This document shows, piece after piece, positions 1 through 9,686 of a stretch of 64,000 nt of DNA. Source of the DNA: Vicinamibacterales bacterium. Lineage in GTDB: Bacteria > Acidobacteriota > Vicinamibacteria > Vicinamibacterales > JAKQTR01. The stretch's first letter is position 1; the number at the start of each line of letters is the position of its first letter. The DNA is taken from assembly GCA_025456345.1 (NCBI GenBank), contig JALOKU010000009.1, positions 19,255 through 83,254 of the forward strand, in the 5' to 3' direction. The notes under the pieces were generated by a model. That model ran no database searches. It had not been told where the DNA came from and saw only the letters and a program-made list of their open reading frames with translations. The translations under genes and the position numbers were made by a program.

Positions 1-1070
1 TCGGCGTTGAGACGGACCTCGATCGCGTGCCCCGAGCTGGCGGGCGGCATGGCGGCGAGCCGCCCGCCACGGGCCACGTCGATACCGAGCTTCACCAGGT
101 CAATGCCGCTGGTGAGTTCCGTCACGACGTGCTCGACCTGGAGCCGGGTATTCGCCTCGAGGAAGTAGAACCGGCCGGACAGGTCCACGAGGAACTCGAC
201 GCTGGCCTGGTCCCGGTAGTGCGCCGCCGCCACGAGCCGCACGGCGGCATCCGTCAGCGCCGTCTCGAGATCCGGAGAGAGGCCGGTCGCGGGCGCCTCG
301 GACACGAGCTTCTGGTACCGCCGCTGCAGCGAGCAGTCCCGGGTCCCGATGGCCCAGATCGCCCCGTGGCGGTCCGCCTGGACCTGCACCTCGATGTGGC
401 GCATCCCGGCCATCCAGCGCTCGACAAAGAGCGTGCGGTCATTGAAGACGCGCGACGCGTCACGCCGGACCTGGCCAAACGCCGCCTCGAGGTCGGCCGG
501 CGACGTCACGCGCCGGATCGCGCGCCCTCCGGCTCCCCCGCTCGCCTTGAGCGCGATCGGGTAGCCGACTCGCTCGGCCTGGGCCAGCGCGGCCTCCACG
601 GTGTCGGCCGGCGCCTCGCCCCACGCGACGACCGGGATGCCGGCCTGCTCGGCGAGCCGTTTCGCGCAGATCTTGTCGCCCAGCCGCCGCATCGAACCGC
701 TGTCCGGGCCGATGACCGCCACGCCGAGCCGTTCGCACAGTTCGGCGAACTCGGGCCGCTCCGCGACGAAGCCCCAGCCGGTCCAGACCGCGTCCGCCTG
801 CGCTTCGACCAGGCCCCGCTCGAGGGCACGGTAGTCGAGATACACCGGGCGCCTCAGCCCGTCGGCATCGTCTACGTACGTCGAGGGTCCGAGGTCGACG
901 GCCTCGTCGGCCTCGCGCACGAACCGGGCGTGCCGGTCGGGCTCACTGAACAAGGCGATGACGCGGATCCCGGTCCGGTGTTCCAGGTTGTACTCGCGGA
1001 CCGCGTGGATGAACCGCATGGCGGGTTCTCCACGGTTGACGATCGCGACGCGGCGGAAGTCAGTCAGCAT
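1..1070 (-). CDS. Biotin carboxylase / ATP-grasp domain of an acyl-CoA carboxylase (3' end runs off the window)
   Basis: Manual translation from ATG at 1070: MLTDFRRVAIVNRGEPAMRFIHAVRE...GWGFVAE...LGDKI...RHIEVQV...RDCSLQRRYQKL...EANTRLQVEH, all biotin-carboxylase signature motifs. Not in the ORF track because no stop codon lies inside the window. Confidence 0.9.
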   Translation of the reverse strand, partial: MLTDFRRVAIVNRGEPAMRFIHAVREYNLEHRTGIRVIALFSEPDRHARFVREADEAVDLGPSTYVDDADGLRRPVYLDYRALERGLVEAQADAVWTGWGFVAERPEFAELCERLGVAVIGPDSGSMRRLGDKICAKRLAEQAGIPVVAWGEAPADTVEAALAQAERVGYPIALKASGGAGGRAIRRVTSPADLEAAFGQVRRDASRVFNDRTLFVERWMAGMRHIEVQVQADRHGAIWAIGTRDCSLQRRYQKLVSEAPATGLSPDLETALTDAAVRLVAAAHYRDQASVEFLVDLSGRFYFLEANTRLQVEHVVTELTSGIDLVKLGIDVARGGRLAAMPPASSGHAIEVRLNA

Positions 1071-1145
1071 GAAAGCCTCGATGGCGGACCGGCCGGAATC
1101 CACCGGGCGCGCCGTTGACGGCAAAGGACCACGTATTCTAGCCCA

Positions 1146-1619
1146 TCAGGCGGGATTGGCTGCCGGGGCGAGCCGCTTCTGCATGAGGATTTCGTCGGCC
1201 TCCTCGATGAGGAAGGCCTTCAGCGTGCCCGCCGCTTCGAACCCGTGGCGCTCGTAGAAGCGCCTGGCGCGCGGATTGAAAGAGGAGACGCAGAGAAATA
1301 TGTGGCGTGCGCGTCCCCGGTAGGTGCGCTCGGCGTGGTCGAGCAGCGCGGCGCCGACTCCGCGGCTCCGGAAACCCGGTGCCGCCGCGATGGAGACGAT
1401 GTAGGGCGCACCGGCCAGGCCGGCCGGCCGCACCAGAACGAGCCCGCACCGCTCGCCTCCGGTTTCGGCAATCTCCAGCACGTCCATCGCGGACGTGCAG
1501 GCCGCCAGGCACGCGTCGAACCCGCGGCCGAGCGTGAGCCAGGGGTCCGACGAGGCCATGACTCCGGCCGCCCATTCCGCATCGTCGCCCGCGGCCATTC
1601 GGATCGTGACGGCCAGCAT
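1146..1619 (-). CDS. GNAT family N-acetyltransferase
   Basis: Acetyl-CoA motif A 'FRSRGVGAALL' and 'NPRARRFYERHGF'. Start moved to ATG at 1619 (MLAVTIR). Confidence 0.85.
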   Translation of the reverse strand: MLAVTIRMAAGDDAEWAAGVMASSDPWLTLGRGFDACLAACTSAMDVLEIAETGGERCGLVLVRPAGLAGAPYIVSIAAAPGFRSRGVGAALLDHAERTYRGRARHIFLCVSSFNPRARRFYERHGFEAAGTLKAFLIEEADEILMQKRLAPAANPA

Positions 1620-1693
1620 GCTCGCTCCCGCTATAATCGCCGGGCGGCCGCCGACGTGCGGCCGCCCGGCACCTGACGCACCAAGAGGACCCG

Positions 1694-2101
1694 ATGGCCT
1701 CGATCCCCGCGCTGCTCTTCCCGGATCCCCGGCGCCGCCTGCCCCACTCCCGCTGGTGGAACATCGGGGCGCGCACGGTGCACCTCGCCGCCACAGGCAT
1801 CCTGCTCGGCGGCCACGCCTTCGGCGCTGACGCCGCAACGTTGATGCCGCTGCTGTGGGCGGCGATCGTGAGCGGCGCGGCCATGATCGCGATCGAGTTG
1901 TATCCGACCGCCCACTGGGCCCACCAGGTCTGCGCCCTGTTCGTGTACGCGAAGCTGGGCGTGCTCTGCCTGGTGCCGTACCTGTGGGAGCAGCGCGTCG
2001 CGCTGCTGCTGGCGGTGCTCGTGCTCGCGTCGGTCGGCGCGCACGCCCCGCGCAGCGTCCGCCATTACTCGCTCTGGTACCGCCGGGTCATGGTCGACTG
2101 A
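1694..2101 (+). CDS. Small hypothetical integral membrane protein (about 4 TM helices)
   Basis: 135 aa with four hydrophobic segments; GAGGA ribosome-binding site and a TATAAT at 1632-1637 upstream. Confidence 0.7.
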   Translation: MASIPALLFPDPRRRLPHSRWWNIGARTVHLAATGILLGGHAFGADAATLMPLLWAAIVSGAAMIAIELYPTAHWAHQVCALFVYAKLGVLCLVPYLWEQRVALLLAVLVLASVGAHAPRSVRHYSLWYRRVMVD

Positions 2102-2193
2102 TCACCCGGCGGCGTTCAGCGTCGCTCCGAGGCCCGCTTGCCCCGCCGAAGCCAGCCGGCAGACCGGTTGGGGAAGGCGGGAGTCCCGGCCAA

Positions 2194-3090
2194 CTACGGC
2201 TTCTTCAACCGAAACACATTGAGCACATCCGCCCGGCTCTTGACGGTGGACCGCTGGGCGTCCTGGCGCTCCCGCGCGAGGCGTTCGAACGTCGGCCCCG
2301 GCTTCGCGTGCCGGAAGAACACGCCCGTGTAGAGCTTCTCGCCGTACGCCTGCGCCAGGTCCATGGCGGCCAGCCGGTCGGCGGGGTTGTGACTGAGCGA
2401 CTCCAGCGTCTGCAGCGTCGCTTTCTGCGCCTTGAGCATCTGGTCTTCCTGCCCGTAGGTGACGCAGGGCGACTGCACGTTGATGAAGGCGAATCCGGGG
2501 TAGCGGATGCCTTCCTCGATGATCTTCGCCAGGCCGTTCATGTCGGCCGGCGTGCCCTGCGCCACGAACTCCGCGCCGTACCCCAGCACGTAGAGCAGCG
2601 GGTTCACCGGGCTCTCCATGGCGCCGTGGGCCGACGACACGGTGGCGAGGCCCCGGCGGGAGGTCGGCGACAGCTGCCCCTTCGTGAGCCCGTAGATCTG
2701 GTTGTCCATCACGATGTACGTGATGTCGATGTTGCGCCGGATGGCGTGGGCCACGTGGCCGCCGCCAATCGAGAAGCCGTCGCCGTCGCCCCCGGCGCAC
2801 AGCACCAGGAGGTCGGGGTTGGCCAGCTTGATCCCCTGCGCGATGGGCAGCGATCGCCCGTGCACGCTGTTGAAGCCGTAGGCGGTGGTATAGCCCGGGA
2901 TGCGGCTCGAGCAGCCGATGCCGGAGATGAACGCGATCTCGTGGGGAGGCCGGCCCACGTTGGCCAGCGCCCGGTAGATGGCCTGCACGACGCCGAAGTC
3001 GCCGCAGCCCGGACACCAGATGGGCTTCAGATCGCTCTTGTAGTCCTTCGCGGTGTAGTCCTCGACGGGTCTCGCGCTCAGCGTGCTCAT
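2194..3090 (-). CDS. korB: 2-oxoacid:ferredoxin oxidoreductase beta subunit (TPP-binding)
   Basis: WCPGCGD, SGIGCSS, HGR and the TPP-binding motif GGDGD...DNQIYGLTKGQ. Confidence 0.92.
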   Translation of the reverse strand: MSTLSARPVEDYTAKDYKSDLKPIWCPGCGDFGVVQAIYRALANVGRPPHEIAFISGIGCSSRIPGYTTAYGFNSVHGRSLPIAQGIKLANPDLLVLCAGGDGDGFSIGGGHVAHAIRRNIDITYIVMDNQIYGLTKGQLSPTSRRGLATVSSAHGAMESPVNPLLYVLGYGAEFVAQGTPADMNGLAKIIEEGIRYPGFAFINVQSPCVTYGQEDQMLKAQKATLQTLESLSHNPADRLAAMDLAQAYGEKLYTGVFFRHAKPGPTFERLARERQDAQRSTVKSRADVLNVFRLKKP

Positions 3091-3109
3091 GTCCCGTGTC
3101 CTCGTGTGC

Positions 3110-4894
3110 CTAGCCCTCGGAGGGCTGCTGGTGCTTTTCGCGCTGCAGCGCGAGGGAGATCTGGCGCAACCGGTCCGCGACCTCGGCCGGCGTGATGGGG
3201 TTCGACCCGCTCTTGGCGAGCTGTTCGATCCCGCGCGGCACGTCGACGAACATGCGGAGCAGCCTGAACAGCTGGCTCTGGTGGTTCTGCTCCACCACCA
3301 GCCCGCGGGCGATGGACGCGAAGAACTCCTGGTAGACCTGTTCCGACACCGGGTAGAGCAGCCGCGGCACCAGCAGCTTCACGCGCAGGCCCTGCGTGAG
3401 GGCGAGGTGGAAGGCCTCAATGGCGATGCCCGCGGTGCTGCCCCAGCTGATCAGGCCGAGGGGCGCGTCGGCATGGCCGTCGACGATGAACAAATCGCGC
3501 CGCTGCTTGAGCGGGTCGAACTTCCTCAGCCGCTTGTCGTTCATCCGGCTGTGCATCTCGCCGTTCGCGGTCGGGGCGCCGTGCTCGTTGTGTTCGATCC
3601 CGGAGGCGAGGTAGTTGCCGCCCTTCATGCCGGGGTGGCTGATGGGGCTGATGCCGGTTTCGGTGAAGCGGAACCGGACGTAGTGCTCGAGTTCCTTCGC
3701 CGTCGGCTTCTGCCGCTCGATGATGCGGATCGCCGCCGCGTCGATGGGCTCGGCCGTCTCCTTGCGCTGCCCCACTTCCTGGTCCGACAGGATGATGACC
3801 GGCGTCTGGTACTGCTCGGCGAGGTTGAAGGCCTCGATCGTAACGGGGAACATGTCCTCGGCGCTGACCGGCGCCAGCACGGGGCGGATCACGTCGCCGT
3901 GCGCCGAGAACGCGGCCTGGAACAAGTCCGACTGCTCGCCCTTCGTCGGGATGCCGGTGGAGGGCCCTCCGCGCTGCACGTTCACGCAGACCAGCGGCAG
4001 TTCCGCGATGCTGGCCAGGCCGAGCATTTCGGTCTTGAGCGACATGCCGGGCCCCGACGTCGCCGTCATCGCCTTCTTGCCGGCGAACGACGCGCCCACC
4101 ACCGCGCCCACGCCCGCGATCTCGTCCTCGGCCTGCAGCATCGTGCCGCCGTACTTCCAGATCTCGCGGCCGAGGAAGTGCATGATCTCCGACGAGGGCG
4201 TGATCGGGTAGCCGCCGAAGAAGTCGCAACCCGCCACGATCGCGGCGGCCGCGCAGAGGTCGTTGCCGTCCACGACGAATTTCGCCGTCGGCGCGGAGGG
4301 CTCCGCCATGAGGCGGTCGGTCTTGAGGGGATGCTGCTCCGCGAACTCGAGGCCTGCGTGGAACGCCTTCTCGGCCCGCTCGATGATCTCCTCGCCCTTC
4401 TTTGCCAGGCGCTTCCGGATGCCGGCAATCACTTCCTGGCGGCCGATGCCGAGCCAGCCCGACATCAGGCCGAGCACCACGGTGTTCTTCGCCCGGTCGC
4501 TCCCGCCGGTCTCACGCGCGATCTGCTCGATCGGTACCGGGATCACCTCGGCGGGGGTGACACCCACCAGCGGAATCCTGTCCGGCGCCACGTTCGTGTT
4601 GCTGTCGTAGATCACCGTGGTCTGGCCGCCGACGGGCAACTCGGCGCCGAACTTGAGGAAGTCCTCCCAGTTCAGCGCCACCGCGAGGTCGAGCGACCCG
4701 CCCGGGCTGAGGACCTTCGCCGTGCACACGCGCAGCCGGAAACTCGACTCACCGCCGCGAATCTGCGGGCCGAAACTCTTGGTGAGGACGCCGTGATAGC
4801 CCTCGAGCGCGGCCGCGGTGAGCAGCGATTCGCCTGCCGACACGATGCCGTCGCCGCCAGAGCCGGCCATTCCGATGACAAGATCCGTATTCAT
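3110..4894 (-). CDS. korA: 2-oxoacid:acceptor oxidoreductase alpha subunit (gamma-alpha fusion)
   Basis: GSGGDG, QIRGGES, GYPITPSSE, QAEDEIA, TATSGPG, QRGGPSTG. Start set at ATG 4894 (MNTDLVIG). Confidence 0.92.
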   Translation of the reverse strand: MNTDLVIGMAGSGGDGIVSAGESLLTAAALEGYHGVLTKSFGPQIRGGESSFRLRVCTAKVLSPGGSLDLAVALNWEDFLKFGAELPVGGQTTVIYDSNTNVAPDRIPLVGVTPAEVIPVPIEQIARETGGSDRAKNTVVLGLMSGWLGIGRQEVIAGIRKRLAKKGEEIIERAEKAFHAGLEFAEQHPLKTDRLMAEPSAPTAKFVVDGNDLCAAAAIVAGCDFFGGYPITPSSEIMHFLGREIWKYGGTMLQAEDEIAGVGAVVGASFAGKKAMTATSGPGMSLKTEMLGLASIAELPLVCVNVQRGGPSTGIPTKGEQSDLFQAAFSAHGDVIRPVLAPVSAEDMFPVTIEAFNLAEQYQTPVIILSDQEVGQRKETAEPIDAAAIRIIERQKPTAKELEHYVRFRFTETGISPISHPGMKGGNYLASGIEHNEHGAPTANGEMHSRMNDKRLRKFDPLKQRRDLFIVDGHADAPLGLISWGSTAGIAIEAFHLALTQGLRVKLLVPRLLYPVSEQVYQEFFASIARGLVVEQNHQSQLFRLLRMFVDVPRGIEQLAKSGSNPITPAEVADRLRQISLALQREKHQQPSEG

Positions 4895-4988
4895 GGCAAT
4901 CCCGGGAGACAGTGGGTTCGTGGTGGCCACGTCGACCGACTCAGCCGGAGGCGGCACCTCACGGCCGACGTAAAGCCCCGCAAGCATA

Positions 4989-5900
4989 TCAGATGGAATC
5001 TGGCTCGGGCCAGAGCCACGCCGCACCCCTGACACCGCTGGCATCGCCGTGGCGCGGGGCGGCCAGCCTCGTGTCGACGCGGTCGGAGAAGACCCACGGC
5101 GCCCACTGCGCGGGTACGTGCTCGTAGAGGCGAGTCAGCTTCGACAACCCGCCGCCAAGCACGATGACATCGGGGTCGAGCACGTTGATGACGCTCGCGA
5201 GCGCGCGCGCCATCCGCCCCTCGTACCGGCGGAGCGTCGCGTCGGCGTCCGCATCGCCTCCCTCCGCGAGTGCGGCAATCGCCTCGCCGCTCAGCCGGAC
5301 GCCGGATGCCTGCTCGTGGTCGCGTGCCAGACCGGGGCCAGAGAGGAACGTCTCGATGCACCCCCGCCGGCCGCAGTAACACGGCCCGCCCGGCCACTCC
5401 TCCGGCCCGGGCCAGGGCAGCGGGTTGTGTCCCCACTCCCCCGCGATCGCGTTCGGCCCGGTGACGATCTGCTGGCGCACGGCAATGCCGCCGCCGGTGC
5501 CGGTGCCGATGATGACGCCGAAGACCACCGCGGCGCCGGCCGCTGCGCCGTCACACGCCTCGGAGAGCGCGAAGCAGTTCGCGTCGTTGGCCAGCCGCAC
5601 GGCGCGGCCGAGCGCCCGGTCGAGGTCCTGCTGCAGCGGCCTCCCGTTGAGCCATGTGGAGTTGGCGTTCTTCACGAGACCGGTCGCGGGCGAGACGGCG
5701 CCGGGCATGCCGATGCCCACCGTGCCGCGCGACCCGGCCTCCGCCTCGAGCGTGGCCACCAGCCCGGCAATCGCCCGGACCGTGGCGCCGTAGTCGTCCC
5801 GCGGCGTCGCGATGCGCCGGCCAGCCGCGACCCGGCCGCCCGCCGCGAGCGCGATGCCTTCGATTTTCGTGCCGCCGAGGTCGATGCCGATTCGAACCAT
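4989..5900 (-). CDS. ROK family sugar kinase (fructokinase/Mak-like)
   Basis: GIDLGGTK, LANDANC, GTGTGGG, GEWGH and the CYCG..GCIE zinc motif. Confidence 0.9.
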   Translation of the reverse strand: MVRIGIDLGGTKIEGIALAAGGRVAAGRRIATPRDDYGATVRAIAGLVATLEAEAGSRGTVGIGMPGAVSPATGLVKNANSTWLNGRPLQQDLDRALGRAVRLANDANCFALSEACDGAAAGAAVVFGVIIGTGTGGGIAVRQQIVTGPNAIAGEWGHNPLPWPGPEEWPGGPCYCGRRGCIETFLSGPGLARDHEQASGVRLSGEAIAALAEGGDADADATLRRYEGRMARALASVINVLDPDVIVLGGGLSKLTRLYEHVPAQWAPWVFSDRVDTRLAAPRHGDASGVRGAAWLWPEPDSI

Positions 5901-5968
5901 GATGCCGTCCGCCCGCGCCGCCCCCGTCAGCCGGGTCGCCGCGCCCGGCGCCCTGTTATGATACGCGG

Positions 5969-6298
5969 ATGGCGCTACAAGAGCGGGACTTCTACACCGA
6001 GACCCAGGGGACGCGGCCCGCCAGCTACGCGTGCCCCCACTGCAAGCGGCGCAATGACTACCAGATTCACTGGGTGACGCGGATCAAGAAGGACCGCCTG
6101 CCGCCGGGAGCCGACGATCGCGACCGCGCCCAGTTCCCCAAGCTGCGCAACTACATGATCCGCACCGACGACCTGGTGACCTGCCTCACCTGCCGCCGGC
6201 GCTTCGAGGTCCCGAGCCACCAGTCCCTCGTCTTCCTCGCCGACGGACAGGGCCCGGTCCAGTACGACCCCGACGACGACAATTTCGGCAATCGCTGA
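5969..6298 (+). CDS. Hypothetical zinc-ribbon protein (CxxC...CxxC), probably leaderless
   Basis: CPHC and CLTC pairs; extended -10 TGTTATGAT (5954-5962) ends 6 nt before the ATG. Confidence 0.75.
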   Translation: MALQERDFYTETQGTRPASYACPHCKRRNDYQIHWVTRIKKDRLPPGADDRDRAQFPKLRNYMIRTDDLVTCLTCRRRFEVPSHQSLVFLADGQGPVQYDPDDDNFGNR

Positions 6299-6376
6299 CC
6301 GCAACGCCGCGACGGCCGTACGCCAGCCGAAGCTCGCCGGTGACGACGCCTCCCATCCCGTTCTGACGAGGCGTCA

Positions 6377-7117
6377 TCACCCGTCCAGCATCCGCTGCAG
6401 CCGTTCGCGGACCGTCTCCATCAGCCGCTCCCGGTCGTGGATCGTGAGCCCGGTGGTCGGAATCGGCGCACCCACCTCAACCCGAACCACCCCGGGCTTC
6501 ACCCAGAGCTGCCCGCGGGGCATGACGTCGGCGGTGCCGTGCAGCGCCACCGGAGCCACCGGCACCTGCGCCTTGATCGCCATGACGAAGCCGCCTTTCT
6601 TGAAGGGCAGCATCGCGACGCTCCGCGCGCGCGTGCCTTCGGGCGCGATGATGAAGGAGTCGCCGGCCACGAGCCGCTCCGCGGCGGCGTCCACCGACGC
6701 GATCGCGCTGGTCCGGTTCCCGCGGTCCACCGGCACGAACCCGACCAGGCGCATCGCCCGGCCGAGGATAGGGACCTTCCCCAACTCGGCCTTGTACAAT
6801 CCGCGCAGCCGGAGGCACTTCGGGAACAGCGCCTCGAACGCCACGACGTCGGCAAGGCTCCGGTGATTGATGCAGTACAGCGTGGGCCGATCGCCCACCA
6901 CGTGCTCCAGGCCACAGACCTCGAGCCTGATGCCCAGCATCCTGCGCACAACCGTCGCGCCGAACCGGCCGAGGGCAAAGACATGTCCCGACCGGCCGGT
7001 CAGAAAGGCTGCAGCCAGGGCGGGCGGCCCTACGGCGGCGATGTAGATCGCCAGGAAGAGGTAGGCGGTGAATGACCGCAACCGGTAGAGGATGGCCGAC
7101 ATATTCCAGCCCGGCAT
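6377..7117 (-). CDS. plsC: 1-acyl-sn-glycerol-3-phosphate acyltransferase (PlsC family)
   Basis: NHRSLAD (HX4D), PVDR, PEGTR and PFKKG motifs. Confidence 0.88.
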   Translation of the reverse strand: MPGWNMSAILYRLRSFTAYLFLAIYIAAVGPPALAAAFLTGRSGHVFALGRFGATVVRRMLGIRLEVCGLEHVVGDRPTLYCINHRSLADVVAFEALFPKCLRLRGLYKAELGKVPILGRAMRLVGFVPVDRGNRTSAIASVDAAAERLVAGDSFIIAPEGTRARSVAMLPFKKGGFVMAIKAQVPVAPVALHGTADVMPRGQLWVKPGVVRVEVGAPIPTTGLTIHDRERLMETVRERLQRMLDG

Positions 7118-7174
7118 CTTATCCCAGGATGGCCGGCGGCCGTGCGGCGGAGTGCGCGGCGCGCAGTCTCAATG

Positions 7175-7190
7175 TGGTACCCTCTTTGCA
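7175..7190 (+). promoter_or_regulatory. Putative sigma54 (-24/-12) promoter for nfnAB
   Basis: TGGTAC-CCTCT-TTGCA (GG-N10-GC), about 85 nt upstream of the GTG start. Confidence 0.55.
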
Positions 7191-7274
7191 GCCCTCCGGG
7201 TGCGTCGGAGCGGACCGCCAGAATCCCGGCAGTCCTCAACTTCAGTGTGTGTCTGCAACAGCGGAGCCTGACCC

Positions 7275-8126
7275 GTGCACCGAATCCTCAGCAAGGAAAT
7301 CCTGGCGCCTGACGTGGTTCGCTTCTGGATCGAGGGGCCGCACATCGCCCGCAAGCGCAAGCCCGGCCAGTTCGTGATCGTCCGCACGGGCGAAGACGGC
7401 GAACGGATTCCCCTCACCATCGCCGACGTCGACAAGATCCGCGGCGCGATCTCCATCATTGTCCAGGGCGTCGGGAAGTCCACCCGGCAGCTGAACGCGC
7501 TCAACGAGGGCGACGCGATCCTGGACCTGGCGGGCCCCCTCGGCCGCGCCACCGAAATCCACCCGGGCCGCAAGGTCTGCTGCATCGGCGGCGGCATCGG
7601 CACGGCGGTCGTGTACCCGATCGCGTGCGGCGTCAAGGCGCTCCACGGCGAGGTTGTGGCCATCATCGGCGGGCGGACCCGGGACCTGGTGATCCTCGAG
7701 AAGGAACTCCGCGCGGCGGTGGACCAGGTCATCGTCACGACCGACGACGGGTCGTACGGCGACAAAGGCCTGGTGACCGACGCCCTGAAGGCGCTGCTGG
7801 CCGAAGGCCGCCACTTCGACGAGGTGGTTGCCGTCGGACCGCTGCCGATGATGCGCGCCGTCGTCGAGGTCACGCGCCCGCTCGGCATTCCCACGACCGT
7901 GAGCCTGAACCCCGTGATGGTGGACGGCACGGGCATGTGCGGCGGGTGCCGCGTGTCGGTTGGCGGCGAACAGAAGTTCGTGTGCGTCGACGGCCCGGAG
8001 TTCGACGGCCACCAGGTGGACTTCGAGGAGCTGAACGCGCGGCTGCGCGCGTACCGGGAGCAGGAAGCCGAGTCGCTGCGTCTGTTCGACCAGGCCACCC
8101 TCTGCCGCAGCAGTCAGGCCCGCTGA
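7275..8126 (+). CDS. nfnA: NfnA/SudB-like FAD/[2Fe-2S] NAD-binding subunit (ferredoxin:NADP oxidoreductase small subunit)
   Basis: PGQFVIV, ERIPLT, GGGIG and MVDGTGMCGGCRV...CVDGPEF (Asp plus 3 Cys [2Fe-2S] ligation typical of NfnA). Confidence 0.85.
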   Translation: MHRILSKEILAPDVVRFWIEGPHIARKRKPGQFVIVRTGEDGERIPLTIADVDKIRGAISIIVQGVGKSTRQLNALNEGDAILDLAGPLGRATEIHPGRKVCCIGGGIGTAVVYPIACGVKALHGEVVAIIGGRTRDLVILEKELRAAVDQVIVTTDDGSYGDKGLVTDALKALLAEGRHFDEVVAVGPLPMMRAVVEVTRPLGIPTTVSLNPVMVDGTGMCGGCRVSVGGEQKFVCVDGPEFDGHQVDFEELNARLRAYREQEAESLRLFDQATLCRSSQAR

Positions 8127-8160
8127 CGCACGCAACCCTACTGAGCCGAGTCTGAGACCC

Positions 8161-9594
8161 ATGGCGAAGAAGATCATCCAGAAGACCAAGAACCCGATGC
8201 CCCTCCAGGATCCGCACGAGCGGGCGCACAATTTTGAGGAGGTCTCCCTCGGCTACCCGGTGGACCTGGCGGTGCTGGAGGCCCAGCGCTGCATCCAGTG
8301 CAAGAACGAGCCCTGCATCGCCGGGTGCCCGGTCGAAATCGACATCCCGCACTTCATCAAGCAGGTCGCGGAACGCGACTTCGAAGGCGCCTACCGGACG
8401 CTCATGGATCGCAACGTGTTGCCGGCCGTCTGCGGCCGCGTGTGCCCGCAGGAAGAACAGTGCGAAGTCAAGTGCACGCTGGGGGTCAAGAACGAGCCGG
8501 TGGCCATCGGCCGGCTCGAGCGCTTCGTGGCCGACTACGCCGCCCTCGTGAAGTTCACCGACGACACGCCGCCCGCGCCGCCGACCGGCCACAAGGTGGC
8601 GGTGGTCGGCTCGGGGCCCGCCGGCCTGACCGTGGCGGCCGACCTGGCGAAGATGGGGCACGGCGTGACGATTTTCGAAGCCCTGCACAAAGCCGGCGGC
8701 GTGCTCGTCTACGGCATTCCCGAGTTCAGGCTCCCCAAGGCGATTGTCGAGCGTGAAATCGACGGCCTCAGACGGATTGGCGTCGAGATCAAGACGAACC
8801 ACGTGATCGGCCAGACGTTCACCGTCGACGAACTGTTCACCGAGCTCGGTTTCGAAGCGGTGTTCATCGGCACGGGGGCCGGCCTGCCGACATTCCCGAA
8901 GATTCCCGGCATCAACCTGATCGGCGTCTATTCGGCGAACGAGTACCTGACGCGCTCGAACCTGATGAAGGCGTACCTGTTCCCCGCCACGGACACGCCG
9001 ACCATCCGCGGCCGCAACGTGGCGGTCATCGGCGGCGGCAACACGGCGATGGACGCCGTCCGCACGTCGCTGCGCCTCGGGGCCGAACACGCCTACCTGA
9101 TCTACCGCCGCACGCGCCAGGAGATGCCCGCGCGCGCCGAGGAGATCGATCACGCCGAGGAAGAGGGCGTGCAGATCATGATGCTCGCCGCCCCGACGGC
9201 CATCCTTGCCGACGAGCGTTCGAGGGTCCGCGCGATCCGCTGCATCCGCATGGAGCTGGGCGAGCCGGATTCCTCTGGCCGCCGGAGCCCGGTGCCCGTG
9301 AAGGGCTCGGAGTTCGACGTCGAGGTGGATACGGTGGTGTTCGCCATCGGACAGGGCGCCAACCCGCTCATCCGCAACACCACGCCGGACCTCCCCGTGA
9401 ACAAGTGGGGCAACATCCTCGCCGACGACGGGACCGGCGCCACGCAGAAGGCCGGCGTCTTCGCCGGCGGCGACATCGTCACCGGCGGCGCGACGGTGAT
9501 CTCGGCGATGGGCGCCGGCCGGAAGGCCGCGGGCGCGATTGACACCTACCTGCGGAACCCGTCCTCGGACGGCTTCTCGCCCACCGACGTCTGA
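8161..9594 (+). CDS. nfnB: NfnB/SudA-like FAD/[4Fe-4S] subunit (often annotated NADPH-dependent glutamate synthase small subunit)
   Basis: RCIQC..PCIAGCP, CGRVCPQEEQCE, GSGPAG and GGGNTAMD...YRR. Paired with nfnA, and no gltB lies next to it. Confidence 0.85.
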   Translation: MAKKIIQKTKNPMPLQDPHERAHNFEEVSLGYPVDLAVLEAQRCIQCKNEPCIAGCPVEIDIPHFIKQVAERDFEGAYRTLMDRNVLPAVCGRVCPQEEQCEVKCTLGVKNEPVAIGRLERFVADYAALVKFTDDTPPAPPTGHKVAVVGSGPAGLTVAADLAKMGHGVTIFEALHKAGGVLVYGIPEFRLPKAIVEREIDGLRRIGVEIKTNHVIGQTFTVDELFTELGFEAVFIGTGAGLPTFPKIPGINLIGVYSANEYLTRSNLMKAYLFPATDTPTIRGRNVAVIGGGNTAMDAVRTSLRLGAEHAYLIYRRTRQEMPARAEEIDHAEEEGVQIMMLAAPTAILADERSRVRAIRCIRMELGEPDSSGRRSPVPVKGSEFDVEVDTVVFAIGQGANPLIRNTTPDLPVNKWGNILADDGTGATQKAGVFAGGDIVTGGATVISAMGAGRKAAGAIDTYLRNPSSDGFSPTDV

Positions 9595-9686
9595 GTCGGG
9601 TCGAGCACCCGTGCTCGCGGAAGACGGCGGGCCGCTGTCTGCAGGTTCTGAAACCGGTCATGCAGGTTCTGTCGTATCATCGTATC

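Noticed and set aside
27-1118. 363-aa plus-strand ORF from the track
   Set aside because: It is antisense to the biotin carboxylase gene on the minus strand.
8161-9594. Glutamate synthase small subunit gltD
   Set aside because: There is no adjacent gltB, and the upstream partner is an NfnA/SudB-type subunit.
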